Shown piece by piece: positions 51,673 to 64,000 of a DNA stretch of 64,000 bases. The position numbers were made by a program, and so were the translations under genes. The stretch lies in assembly GCF_964204645.1 (NCBI RefSeq), contig NC_134033.1, positions 826,131 to 890,130 on the forward strand. Direction: 5' to 3'. Origin of the DNA: Tubulanus polymorphus. Its lineage: Eukaryota; Animalia; Nemertea. The notes beneath the pieces are model-generated. The model was not told where the DNA came from. It did not search any database and was given only the letters and a program-made list of their open reading frames with translations. Each line of letters begins with the position of its first letter. Within the stretch, counting starts at the first letter, position 1.

Positions 51673-54029
51673 CAGGGCAGTGTTAACCTATTCGATCATT
51701 TGGTTCCAAGATAAATGATCAGGACCAGTGTTTATGTTTCTATCGTCAAGTCTATGCGCAATTGGTCCATTGGTCCTTGTGGTTACGATAAGTTCTATCG
51801 AAATATGTTGCGGTCATTTAATAATGAGAAGGTCGTCATTCGTAAAATCGTAATTTTACTGAATCGTTGAAGTCATTGAGAATGGAAATGTGGTCATGAA
51901 TAATGAATCATAATTTTGTTTACTGTATCTGAACCCTGAATTTGTGTAAAGTTTTGATCATCTAAATATCTTAGATCGGCGCCTTCTTCCTGAAGCGCGT
52001 AAAATTTGTAAGCGTAATATTTTGATAAAAATCTCAAGTAAAATGATAAGTGAGTCAGGTTATATTGATAATAAATAAAACACAGTTTTATATCAAAGTC
52101 TATTTTAACGGTAGTGTTTATTACTAACTCGAGGTCCCGGCGTAAAATCACTAATTTTGACATTTTCTCACATGACATTCGAGTCAGAGCAAGGAGGTGC
52201 GTTTATGATCGAAATGCAACGTCAAACACCGAGCTCTGAATTTGGGGATACGGATCAAATGTAAGTTCAAGAAAATTTCAAAGATTATTTTACACAGCTT
52301 CGTTAAATCGGTAAATTATTTAGCCTACTGGAAAGCTTGGGTCAATATTGATATACTGATGCGATCGATGGCTCCAAGATTCGGGGAAAAGTGGAAAGAT
52401 TATTTTAACAGGCCTCAGTTTGACAAAACTGAATTGAATTTCGCGATTGTAATCGTCTTTTTCAAAACGCTAATATTGATGTATGCACGTAATTCACATC
52501 CTCTCAAAAATAATTATCAAATTTTATCGAAAATAAAATAATAGTTATGAAGAGTTCACAATTGTAAATGCTGTTATTTCGAAACGCCAATATCGATGAC
52601 ATAGTGCACGAAACCTCTTAAACAACGCATACTAGGTATCAACATATGTCTAACATTTTTAACATGTTTGAGACTTTGTTGTTGGCTAATCGTAAATGTT
52701 AGATATATGATAACATGGCTCTATGGCAGCCATATTGAACTAGATATTCGTAATATGTGTTTCCTATTTGAAAAGGGTGTCAATTATAAGTATTGGAACT
52801 GGCGTTGATATCAGTGTTTATAAGTTCAACTGATAAGACGCAGTGTTCTGTAAGACATACGGGGGACCCTCTCTCTAACTCTCTCATTCTCGAGTTAGAT
52901 AGATAAATCATTAGTTTGAATATGCTTCGTGGCTCTCAAGTCAGGTAACTTTTTAACGTTTTCTAGTTTAAACGCGGAAATAATGTTTGATTCAACCGAG
53001 TCTAGTTTCACGGTTTAGATTGTAAACTTACTAAGACAAAAAGCCATAGAGTTAATAGTTTTATTAGTAGTTTAGACTATAACAAATTAAAGACTTATAT
53101 GATTATTCAAGTCAGTAATTGTGAAACCCCAGGGGCCAGTTCCATAGTCGAGACCTACGACCAAAATGGTCTTAAATCTTAAGTCTGGTCTTAAGTTGTT
53201 AGATTGGCTATTGAACCAAGATGGTCTTAGACTGGTCTTGAGACTAAGCCCTAAACATGGAACCGGCCTCTGGTCCAGTTTCAAGGTCCAGATTTTATCT
53301 CTAAGGCTACACAAAAACGATTTGAAAAAAGGGTAGATAGGCGGCCAGTCGTGTCAAGTTTTAAGCTCAGCAGAGCTGAGAAAAAAGGTATCAATTTTTT
53401 TTGCCGAAAATCTATTTAATTTCATCATCAATTCACGGTACTGTAAATCAATTTTGGAGTTTATTAACCAATTTGTCAAACTGTGAAATGAATTTTATTG
53501 TGTCTTTTAAGTCATCTCATTACACCAGGTCTAACTGTGGAAATCTGAGGTCAATTCTTTAGGCAAATCAGTTAAATTCAAGTTTCAAATTCGATTAACT
53601 TCTAACACGACTGTCGTGAACTGATATCAATCTCGGTCTAGAGTTACTAAAACTAAAATGATTTTAGTTTCTCTGATGGTGGGGTTTAGAAGAAACCCCC
53701 GAAACACTGATAGAAAATTAACATTTCTATCGACTGTAATATAATGTAATTTATTTCATCATCAATTATAATTACAAATAAAATGTATAACAAATAAGTA
53801 GATTGATGATGAGGGACCTGAACGGAGCCTTAAAGGCTGTACAATCACTAGGACGTTCAGGCCCCCTAGAAAAAAAAAAGAAGATTGATGGTAATCAGTT
53901 GATTTATTTGTGGGTTTTTATTTGTTGATTTGTAACGCGTTTTTCATCGGTTTTATGCTCTATTTTTCCAGTCTGTCTGAATTCCCAGTCGTTGATGTGA
54001 GCGATAAAGCAAAAATACTAAAAAACAGA

Positions 54030-57000
54030 ATGGAATTTGACGGCGTGAAAGAAGGAAGCCAGGAATCTACGATCGGCGTCGATGAGGACCGCGATGCGGA
54101 CCCGAATAAACTCCACGTACAGTATTCACCGCACAGGGGAAAGAGATCGGGCATTTTAACATCCGATGAGATATCGGATTCGAGCCTGGGACGCTCGAAT
54201 CCGTTACAAAATAGTTCAGGAGTTTTGGACAGTGATTGTATTAAAGTAGAGGTAAGAAGGAAATATCGCTGCTTTGCTGCTATATTGAACAGGAAAACTA
54301 AGTTTAAAGTATATCGACCCCTTGAAATATAAAACAAATAGTGCTTAATATTCTCAGCAATAAATAATATAATTATAGATTGAATTATTTCAAGAATTAA
54401 TTAAGTTAGACAGTGATTGTATTAAAGTAGGGGTAAGAAGGCAATCTCGCTGCTTTGCTGCTATATTGAACAAGAAAACTAAGTTTAAAGTATGTCGACG
54501 CCTTGAAATATAAAACAAATAGTGTTTAATATTCTCAACAATAAATAATATAATTATAGATTAAATTATTTCAAGAATTAATTAAGTTAGACAGTGATTG
54601 TATTTAAGTAGGGGTAAGAAGGCAATATCGCTGCTTTGCTGCTATATTGAACAAGAAAACTAAGTTTAAAGTATATCGACGCCTTGAAATATAAGACAAA
54701 TAGTGCTTAATATTCTCAAGCAATAAATAATATAATTATAAATTAAATTATTTCAAGAATTAATTAAGTTATTTTGGAATTGAAGTCCAGCCCTGATATA
54801 TTGATGACATATCCTCTCAAAATGATTATTTAAATTCATCCAATTGAGTTATGAAATATATTTGATTACAAAATTCATAATTGTGATAGTTATTTTGAAA
54901 TTCAAATATTGATGGAGAAGTGCACATCGACTCACAGGGAACCCCTCATACTAGATATCAATGTATATAAACATTATTGTTACGGTTTTTACGGCATCAA
55001 AAAATGTTTTATATCGAATTTATTTACAGATCACGGATATTCTGGATGAGAGTATTAATATGACGACCACCGCTCTGAGGAAATGTAAATCGCAAGTATT
55101 GCGGCCATATTGGAAATTATTGGTCTTCGTAAGTTTCAGCTCAATTCCTAATTCTTCCTAATGTTCAAAATATAGTCATTACTGCGGTGACTTTTTCGAG
55201 ATATTCTAGATCCAGTTGCTTTAAAAGTCAAAGTTCATTAAAATTTCCACAGTTGTGAGTTTGAGTCTGGAGTTAAAGTTATTTTAGATGAACTGATCTT
55301 GACTATAAGATTCAAAGTCAATTTCTGACTCATGTGGAACAGGTTCTAAGCAATGAAACCGGGGGATATAGGTTGTTCAAAATGGCAACACATTGTATGG
55401 ATATCGGCAGGTTTGTTGTTACCAGAATTCTCTTCTGGCTCATTCGTTTTGACCAGAATACACTCTCAGGAATAGTGTAATCTGTACACCTGATAGAAGG
55501 GGCCGGTAGAGTTTTAATCGACAAAACTTTAATGAACAACGTTTTAATTGTTTTCAGGTTGGTTGGCGTGGTTTCGGTCGAGAGTCGATTCAACCGTCTG
55601 CCCTAAAATGGAGAATACTGAACACGTTTTACGCTGTTTTTGTATTCAGTTTATTGATTTATGGTTATATTTACGAGGCTTTGTGCTGCCAATGGAAGCT
55701 GAATGTTAAACTAGATATACATGTAAGTGCCCCAGGACCCCAGTTAAAGGACTGCCCCAGGACCCCCAGTTTAATGACTGCCTCAGAACCCTACTTTGTT
55801 GGCTGTACATGTGTCAATATTTGATCTTTTCTATAAAAAGTCAGTACAGGATTTGATGATGTCATGGGGGATTTATGTTGGTAGCCATCTTTTCCTATTC
55901 CAACTGCCCCATAATTTGCTTTTCTCATGCAAATCAATTGTAATTGTATGCAAATTTATGCCATTTGCAGCTTAAATTTGTCATTTTCAGCCATTGGCGA
56001 TGTCTCCTCCATTTCATATATGCAAATCAATTCTAATGTATGCAAATTTATTCCATTTTCAGCCTAAATTTGTCATTTTTCAGCAATTTGCGATATTATC
56101 TCCTCCATTTCATATACGCAAATCAATTCTAATGTATGCAAATTTATGCCATTTTCAGCCAATCACGATTTCGCCCCCGATAATTCACAATCACACGCGC
56201 CACCACAAACATACGACGACTTTAAGTTATTACACGTTGGGTCCTGCAGAGACGAGACCGACATCCAGTTCGAATCCGTTCGATAACAAGAGTCATGAAC
56301 CGATCTGTCAACACGTCGTCACGACGTACATCATACCGAACATGCTTCACATGGTCGCGTACATCATGGGATTCGTATTCTTCCGTTTGAGAGACAATCA
56401 CGAACAGTTGTACGCTTTGATGGAACGGGTAAGTCAGCCCGGCGCCCACGCCCCCGGGCACAAGCCCAAGTTCAATTAACCAGTCAATCTGCGGCGCTTA
56501 AACCCTGTACCCCTCAGACATTAGACACATTTTATCAGCGCATTTTCAAAAACTGATTGTATACACTTAACACTATACATGTAATCAAAAATTCTGAAAT
56601 TTTGATGTAATAGCAAATATCTGAATGGGTGCCTCCAGGCAGCAGATTGTCAGAATGGGTGACTCCAGGCAGCAGATTGTCAGAATGGGTGGCTCCAGGC
56701 TGCAAATTAATACCTGCAAACAATAGTAGACGATGTGTTATTTGATTTCCTACTGTTTCTCAATTTCAGGTATTTTTGAATATGACGGCTCTACAAGGCC
56801 GTGCGATATCTCAGGCTAAAATGATCCGTAAACTGCGGTTATATTTAGTACTCGGTATAATGTGGGTTCTTCTCACGGTGGGTTTGTTGGTTCTGTTCCT
56901 GTTCGCGTTCGGTATCAACTCGATGTCGTCTGTTCACGCATGGAACATGAAACACGTCAGGTAGGCGCATCCGTCCTCGCTTACCAGGGGTCACTAACAG

Positions 57001-58048
57001 TCTCACTCAAACCAAAAACATTGCACTAAATCATAGAAAATTAATTCATAACTGTTGAACTGGACCCAGAACTGTGGAACGGGATTCAGAACTATGGAAC
57101 TGGGTCCACAACTGTAGAACTGGGTCTAGTAACTGTAGAACTGGGTTCACAACTCTGGAACTGGGACCACGTGGAACTTGGTTCAGTATCTGTGGAACTG
57201 GGTCCAGTGCTGTGGAACTGGGTCCACAACTGTAGAACTGGATTGAGAACTATGGAACTGGGTCCAGTGCTTTAGAACTGGGTCCGCAACTGTAGAACTC
57301 ACAACTGTGGAGCTGAGTCCAGAACTACAGATCTAATTCACGTTTGATATCAATAATGAATTGTTTTTTTCTCACAGTGTCGTCGGTAACTGGATAATGT
57401 TCTGTATACAGATGTTAGCCGAGATAATGATCAGCTCGGTGGCGCTAGCGGTCACGTTAAACTACGTTACGCAATGCGAGATCATTATATTCTACATTCA
57501 AGGAATCCATATGAAGATTTTGGATCGAAGCAGTGATTTAAAAGCGATCATGAAAGTAAGTCGCCTCATGAGGCATATGATACAACGATAATGACAACCG
57601 ATGTGGATAGATGGCGTATGGGTGTAGACTGCAGATATCAACTATGATAGATAAAGGGGGTAGCACCTTTTGGAGGTCAAACACCCGGGCTGGTACTGTG
57701 ACTTATAATGAACATGAAGAATTCAGCAACGGTACAGTATAACAAGCGTTCAAGGATTTCAGACTTGTTTAACTGTTATAAGTTATAAGTAACTTGATAG
57801 TTCAACCCCTATGCTTTCACCGTTAAAAATTGTTACAAATATTTTTCTTGATTCTTGTTTTCGTTTTAGAAGATAATTCTAAGTTCATTGTCACCTCCTA
57901 GTAGCCGGTTTCTTAGCATTAAATTATTTTCAAGTTTCTATTTCTAAGGATATCACCGGTGTGAGACATTCGCTCGAATTGTTGAACGGATTTATGAGTC
58001 AAATGACATCACTGCTGACCTTCACCTTTGCCGAACTCGTAGTTCTAG
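54030..58048 (+). CDS. Partial multi-pass membrane protein, gustatory-receptor-like 7TM ion-channel superfamily (GrlHz/DUF3537-like). Exons 53972-54251, 55030-55128, 55558-55722, 56159-56428, 56770-56960, 57378-57555, 57949-58048; 3' end not found
   Basis: In-phase GT-AG exons give ALRKCKSQVLRPYWKLLVFVGWRGF, TM1, CQHVVTTYIIPNMLHMVAYIMGFVFFR..EQLYALMERVFL, TM3, TM4 (NYVTQCE) and TM5. There is no signal peptide and the N-terminus is long. Exon structure is secure; the family is recalled from motif pattern. Confidence 0.72.
54228..54772. repeat. 181-bp tandem triplication spanning an exon/intron boundary
   Basis: gacagtgattgtattaaagtag(a/g)ggtaag occurs at 54228, 54409 and 54590. Confidence 0.92.
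57052..57330. repeat. Degenerate about 20-bp array of the MITE terminus (ctgtggaactgggtcc)
   Basis: About 13 copies of the family A terminal motif. Confidence 0.8.
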
Positions 58049-60101
58049 GTAGGTCAAGGCCTTTTCTATGTCTTAACTATACATAATTTATGATGGTGAT
58101 TACAATGGAATTCCTGCCGGGCCAATGGTTTGTACACGGTTTAACTATGACCTACGTTAGACCAGCTTTAAATTTAAGATCGGTCACAAACCAAGGGCTG
58201 AGTCTACAGTCATGGATTAGACTTAAGACAAGTCTAAGACCAACTTAGTTTTATAGCCAATCTAACAACTTGAGATTGATATTACTATGTAAGACCACTT
58301 TTGGTCTTAAGTCACAACTATGGAACTATAGCCTTACTTAAGGCAGGTCTGTTAAGTCCTCTCGGATGATCTCGGGTTTGAATAGTTTTCAAAGCAGTGT
58401 TGCCCTCTTGAGGTTTCTATTCGAGTCGCGGAGTGACGATGGTTATAGATTCGATACGTAATTACGTACACGGTAAAGGAACAGAAAAATAATCCATGGG
58501 AATTCTGGGATCGGTTTTCAGCTGTTGCCAATGACAACAAAATTCCATTATTGCAGTACGCAATGAATTACGAGATTTCTAATCTTGACTTCGAGTCGAA
58601 TGGTCTATGTAGAGTGGAGACTTCGATATTAGACCAGTTGAAGACCGTTTTAGTTCTTTAAACCAATTTAACAGCTTGAGACCAGTCTTGAACTTAAGAT
58701 ACACTGGGTCCTGACTCTAAAGACTTCAAATCTTGGGACTCCAACTGTTGAGACTCCAGTTCTCTGAACTATTTGGCTGATAGCTAGTTCTAGATTGATT
58801 TAGTTCACACTCAAAACCAATTTTGAAATTCATGCGTCAGAGTTCTAACAAACACTGACGCAGTGGCTCTTCAGTCTCTGCCTGAAGACTCTGATGACTC
58901 TCTGACTGACTCCTGAGTGATGACTCTGACTGACTTATCAACTGACTGACTCTCTGACCGACTCTCTAACTCTGACTCTGACTCTGAATGATCCTGTATA
59001 AATAGAATGATGTTTAACGGGTTTTCAATTTCAAGATCAGATGAAAACGACTGTTTTTAGCTGGCAGCCGTTTATATTGACAGACGGACGTTATCATCGC
59101 CGTGGAGACAATGAAATATCCAAAAATATCACCTCGACTTCTGATGTGTATCGATTTCAATCTCAAATTTCCGGTGAATATTTGATGAAATATCAATGGA
59201 TTTTCAACAATTTCCAATGAATTTTATAATGGATTTTTCTATATTATTGAAACTCGGTCGTCGTCGTCGTCGTACGTCGTGTCAAGTATCATTTAGAAAT
59301 GTTTCTCTTGAAGTTTGATTTTTGAATTTCGAAATCTTCTGTCAGTTATTACCATGGTTACTGTTCGTTACGTATTTATGGTCACCGGGTACCGTAATGA
59401 TGAATCTTGGGTAAATATCGTAATGAATTGTGGGTAAACCTGCTCGGAATGAAATGAAAAAAGGAACGTTTTTCTTTATGAGACATTTATTGAAACGTAG
59501 GTTTTTGTAAGCCCTGAATCCCTGGCTACCCCTCCCCCAGTCCCTCCCCCGGCTACCCAGTCCCCCTCCCCCGCTACCCCTCCCCCCACTACCCCTCCCC
59601 CCGGACTCACACAGCCGGAGTTCAAACAGGAATGATTGACAGTCATGGTATTGAATACTAATTATTGATTTTAAAATGTACCGATAAAGAAAATGTCTGC
59701 CCTCATCGGATCCCCCGATGACATCACTAATCACCGCATACTCTTGGGTACACTGCTTATGAGACTGACAGATATCAACTCGATGATGTCATCGGGGTAT
59801 TTCTGGAGACAATAAATAAAATGGATTCATGGTTTTGTTGATATTAAACTGAAGAGGTAGGGAGGTATTTGCATCACTACTCTGCTATCACGTTAACAAT
59901 ATCAAAAATTCAACTTTCACCAACATTTTTTTTTGGATAAAGTTTAACTTCTTTTTGAGTGATTTAAATACTTGATTTCAACAACGAGCTCCGCGACCTT
60001 GCTTCCACGTAGTCAGTGCACCTGGTTCCACAGTTACTGGATCCGTTCCATAGTTCACGATCCACTTCCACAGTAAGATAAGTTAATCTTCAATGTTTTA
60101 A

Positions 60102-60383
60102 CCTGTACCTCACGGTGCGGTGTATAATGCACCGATTCCCTATTGTATTTACACCACAGCGCGGTGTATCCTTACAATTATTATTTAGTTTAAATCTTTA
60201 TTGAAAGATGGCAGCACCTGTCAAACATTGCGTTATCAATGAACAATAATACACTGCACTGCGGTGTAGATGCACTTGAGTGCAATGTGATGTAGAGTAG
60301 AAGCTCTTTATCTGCCGCGCTTTTTCAAAATTTTCAAATTATCTCCAGCACTTTGAGGCATAAAACTGTTAGTACTAATAGGG
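60102..60383. mobile_element. Diverged piggyBac-type MITE copy
   Basis: TTAA|CC... GGG|TTAA; shares aaagatggcagcacctgtcaaaca and caaattatctccagcac with the copies at 23233 and 39631. Confidence 0.7.
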
Positions 60384-60556
60384 TTAATTAAATTCAAGAG
60401 TGGATTGAACTGTGGAACTGTGGATTCAAGAGTGGATTGAACTGTGGAACAGTGGAACTGTGGATCTAACTCTGACTGATGTCAGTATTGTCGCGGCCCC
60501 CGAGAGAGTTTCTCTGAGCGATCGTTTCATCTTTGTTTTTCTCTTCTCTATTTTCA

Positions 60557-63421
60557 TCACACGCGTGTTTCCGATATGTCGTTGGTCGGCGTGGTAACCA
60601 TTGTTGTTACGGGCGACGGTTGTAACGATCTCGGCACCGTCCACTCGTCCAACGAACCCGACGACCAATCATTGAGCGTTATCTGCGGCCGTAGCAACGG
60701 TTGCCGGGTGGAATCGAGCGAGCTGTTCGTCGACGACGATTGTTGCGTACGCGATTGTAATTTGGGTTTGCGTCGTTCCAACAATGGCTGCTGCTGTTGC
60801 TGCTGTTGGCACGGCGACGAATCGATTCCGTTTTTCAGGAACGTACGCTCGTCCCAGCTGACCGATAACTGGACCGGTCCTTGTTTTACGGATAACAACG
60901 TTCCGAATTCGAGTCCGAGCGAGTCGGTCAACGATTGTTGTTTACTCGGCGTTTTCATGATCGAAGGAGGTGGCGCCACCTGCTGGTGACCGACGGGTAA
61001 ATCGGGTTTGAGCGTGGATAGTTTGCGGCAGGATTTTAACGGCAGACTATCGGCGCGTACGAACAACTGCTGTTTGAATAATCCGCTAGAGATAATAGCC
61101 GGCTTACGACTCGGGACTCCGGAAACGCTGTCCGATTTTGTAAACGACAAACGTTTGTATTTCAAACACGGTTTTTCGCCAATTTTCAAATATTGTTCGT
61201 CGGTTTGCGCGCCGACGACGGTGCCGCCACCTGTCTGCGATATCGAATCCGATTTGTTGAACGAGCGATATTCGAACGGAGCGCCGAACGGATTGTCGCC
61301 GCGGTTCAACGACAACGGATCGCTCGTTTTATTGTACGCCAGCGGTGGTTGATATTTCGAGGGGCTTTCGATCGAAGAACTTTCCGAGTCGACTAGCGCT
61401 TTTTGTTTGCAGAGTACGAGCGGACTGGTGCTGCCGCGTCGGAATCTCCGTCTGTCCGTCGTCGTCGCGGTGGCAGACGCCGCCGTGTACATCCCGTTAT
61501 CGGATTTAGCGAACGATTGTTGGTTGCAGATTCCGAGCGTGTATCCGTCTGCCGGTCGCGACTCCAGCGGAGACTTCGCGAGGAATGCTCCGATTATCGG
61601 TCGGTCGCTCGTCACCGCTCCGAGCGAGTATTGTTTCGGTAACCGCGGGCGATGCTGCTGCTGTTGCTGCTGCGTTTCGGTCCCGAGCGATCCGAGCGAG
61701 ATGGTTTCGCCGCGCCGGAACGGAGTCCGCGATAACGATCCTAGCGATACGCTTATCGTGCGGTTTTCCGCGGTGATCGGCTGTTTACAAACCGAACACG
61801 TTTTTCTCATCGGCGGTCGACCGCAATCAGTCGACGGTCGACAGGTGGTCGATTCAGTCGAGGTTAATGTCTCGCTCTTGGCTAGCGACCGACCACCGGC
61901 TGATTCCAACGATTTGACGTCTTTCGTCAGCGGTGGTCGCCACGACGACCCACCGCCCGAGGAGTAAGTCTCGGCGCGCGTGTAAGGAGGGCGCCACGAC
62001 GACCCGCCTGACGATACGGTATCGGTTGCCACCAACGGGGGGCGCCACGATCTATACGACGCTAACGAAGAGTACGTCTCACCTTTCGCTAACGGAGCTT
62101 GTTTAAACGAGATGGCGTCGTCGAAACTTCCGCCGGCGTTAAACCGATTAAAAACGCGATCTTTCCCGACGTCGGTGGTTACTTTACTCTTTGCGCGGAT
62201 AATCTCGCGCCATTTCTTCCACTCGGCGCAGAGACGACGCTTGATTTTGTAATACAGTAAACACAGTAGGAAGAGTAGAAGCATTGCGCTGAGAGCAGAC
62301 GCCGTATAAACACCCATCATCGGGTCGTAGATCAGAGTGTATTTAGATTTATACGATTCAGTCGGGCGCGGGCGTCTTAACGGTGCGGGCGCGATCATAC
62401 CCAGCGCCTGTGGCTCGTTCGGGCGCGGGCTTCTGAACGGTGCGGGCGCGATCATACCCAGCGCCCGTAGCCCGGATGAGCTGGTAGGTCTGTACAGCGC
62501 GGTCGCGATGATACCCGGCGCCCGGGGCCTGGTTGATTCGGTCGGGCGCGGCCCTGTTGTACAGTTCAATAATTCGGCGGTTATTTCGTTTATTTCGTAT
62601 CCCTGAGTTACGCAAACGGGTATTTTAGATCGGGCGCGATCGAGATTAGGGTGGCTCCGGTACCAGACTATGAATGGAAGTATGTCACAGGTGCACGGCA
62701 GCGGGTTCGCGTCCAGGTTTAAAACGCGCAGCTGCTCGAGCCCGACGACGTCGCCGTCGACGACGAAACTTAAATCGGAAATCCCGTTCTCCGACAGATC
62801 GAGCGTTCGTAACCGTGACAACCGGCGGAAAAATCCCCGAGGAAATGCGCGACCGGTTAACGAAGTATTACGAGCGTTAAACGTGCGTAGTTGCGGTAGA
62901 TTGACGGCGTCTGCTCGTTTCCAACGTAACGACGGATTGTTGGATATATCGAGGTAAACAAGCGTTAGCGGCAGACGTTTCCACGCGATCGTCGTCAATC
63001 TGTTAGAATTCGCGTCGAGTCGCGCGACTTGGTCGTTTTCTAACCCGACGACCGTCGTCATGTCGACCAGGTTATTGTGACTGACGTCAATATCTCGTAG
63101 GTGGTGCTGTTCGGCGAACGTGGCGCCGGCGATCGTTTCGATTTCGTTACGTCGTAAATCGACTCGTCGTAAATTCGTCACTCGCGCGAAGTCGGTCGTT
63201 TTTAAAACGCGGATTCGATTCGCACTCAGATCAAGGACGGTCACGTTGTCGGGGATTCCCCGGCGTGGCACGGTCGTCAGTCCCGCTCCGCTACAGTTGA
63301 ATACTCCGTCATGACGATCGTATCGACACGCGCTATGCGAGGAGGAGGAGGAGGTCACATGACTGATCATCGTTAGAAGGTGAAGGACAAACAGCGTTGA
63401 ATCGCTGTTTATTGACATCAT
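60557..63421 (-). CDS. Single-coding-exon LRR type I transmembrane protein (LRRNT, about 8 LRRs, LRRCT, stalk, TM, about 560-aa low-complexity tail)
   Basis: Signal-like FVLHLLTMISHV, C..CSGAGLTTVP, repeated LxxLDLSxNxI, NPLPCTC..C..C, TM MMGVYTASALSAMLLLFLLCLLYY, and C-terminal ETRV. No TIR or kinase domain seen. Start codon approximate. Confidence 0.9.
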   Translation of the reverse strand: MMSINSDSTLFVLHLLTMISHVTSSSSSHSACRYDRHDGVFNCSGAGLTTVPRRGIPDNVTVLDLSANRIRVLKTTDFARVTNLRRVDLRRNEIETIAGATFAEQHHLRDIDVSHNNLVDMTTVVGLENDQVARLDANSNRLTTIAWKRLPLTLVYLDISNNPSLRWKRADAVNLPQLRTFNARNTSLTGRAFPRGFFRRLSRLRTLDLSENGISDLSFVVDGDVVGLEQLRVLNLDANPLPCTCDILPFIVWYRSHPNLDRARSKIPVCVTQGYEINEITAELLNCTTGPRPTESTRPRAPGIIATALYRPTSSSGLRALGMIAPAPFRSPRPNEPQALGMIAPAPLRRPRPTESYKSKYTLIYDPMMGVYTASALSAMLLLFLLCLLYYKIKRRLCAEWKKWREIIRAKSKVTTDVGKDRVFNRFNAGGSFDDAISFKQAPLAKGETYSSLASYRSWRPPLVATDTVSSGGSSWRPPYTRAETYSSGGGSSWRPPLTKDVKSLESAGGRSLAKSETLTSTESTTCRPSTDCGRPPMRKTCSVCKQPITAENRTISVSLGSLSRTPFRRGETISLGSLGTETQQQQQQHRPRLPKQYSLGAVTSDRPIIGAFLAKSPLESRPADGYTLGICNQQSFAKSDNGMYTAASATATTTDRRRFRRGSTSPLVLCKQKALVDSESSSIESPSKYQPPLAYNKTSDPLSLNRGDNPFGAPFEYRSFNKSDSISQTGGGTVVGAQTDEQYLKIGEKPCLKYKRLSFTKSDSVSGVPSRKPAIISSGLFKQQLFVRADSLPLKSCRKLSTLKPDLPVGHQQVAPPPSIMKTPSKQQSLTDSLGLEFGTLLSVKQGPVQLSVSWDERTFLKNGIDSSPCQQQQQQQPLLERRKPKLQSRTQQSSSTNSSLDSTRQPLLRPQITLNDWSSGSLDEWTVPRSLQPSPVTTMVTTPTNDISETRV

Positions 63422-64000
63422 GTATGTCACATGACCCGAATCAGCCTCATTTTCAACGGTGTTTTCCGTTCGTCTGCTGCCTTTATCTTCAATAATCAAC
63501 GCGACCTGTTTCTCAAGAGAGAGAAGTTTGTTTCATGTTTGATTTGTATCTAGGCCTCTATTCTTCGGTTCGTCCGTCTGTTCGTCTGTTCGTCCGTCTG
63601 TTCCTCCGTCTGTTCGTCTGTTCCTCCTTCTGTTCCTCCGTCTGTTCCGCTGTTCGTCTGTCAGCCTGGAATAGAAATAAACATAGATAAATTATTAATA
63701 TCAGAATTGATTTATGAAATCAGATACCATCTACTTTCGCTCCTAGGGAGATGAAAGGGGGGATGAGAGAGGGGATGAGAGAGGGGAGAGATCAGTTTCA
63801 TGTTTAACCATTGTCTTATTGATTTACGATCATAAGCAGTAAGTGCTTAAAAATAGACGATAATCAATATAGTGATTTCTGGATTGATTTTGTTATCGTT
63901 TTTGTTGCTGGTGTCAACGGTCTCGCGGTTGTTGAGGCGTGCGTGCTGTGGCTCAGTTCGAAGTGTGGCCATTGACCTATCAAACTAAGAAAATCTGAAA

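Noticed and set aside
60576-63314. Multiple + strand ORFs
   Set aside because: Antisense shadows of the GC-rich LRR coding exon.

Overview
Eukaryotic (animal, probably invertebrate bilaterian) genomic DNA: AT-rich, intron-rich with canonical GT-AG splicing, and dense in MITEs and minisatellites. No prokaryotic features or CRISPR arrays. Genes were assembled by hand from splice sites. In order: (-) the 5' exon of a SAMD1/KAT6-type winged-helix chromatin protein; (-) a 3-exon orphan coiled-coil gene; (+) a frameshifted serpin pseudogene fused to a 42-bp minisatellite; (-) a 7-exon secreted tandem C-type lectin; (-) a two-domain LAMP gene; (+) COPS9, head-to-head with LAMP; (-) a 17-exon TM9SF2; (+) a partial multi-TM gene of the gustatory-receptor-like (GrlHz-like) class, head-to-head with TM9SF2; and (-) a single-coding-exon LRR transmembrane receptor that probably lies inside the Grl-like gene. 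The most notable observation is that the LAMP gene has two alternative terminal exons, each encoding a different transmembrane segment and YxxΦ tail (GYEAL vs SYETV), mirroring vertebrate LAMP-2A/B/C splicing. Also notable: hammerhead-ribozyme relics of the Penelope type, Harbinger-like hairpin MITEs that appear to seed local satellites, piggyBac MITEs, and shared motifs in the two bidirectional promoters. All product calls come from motif recognition by eye; no database searches were run.
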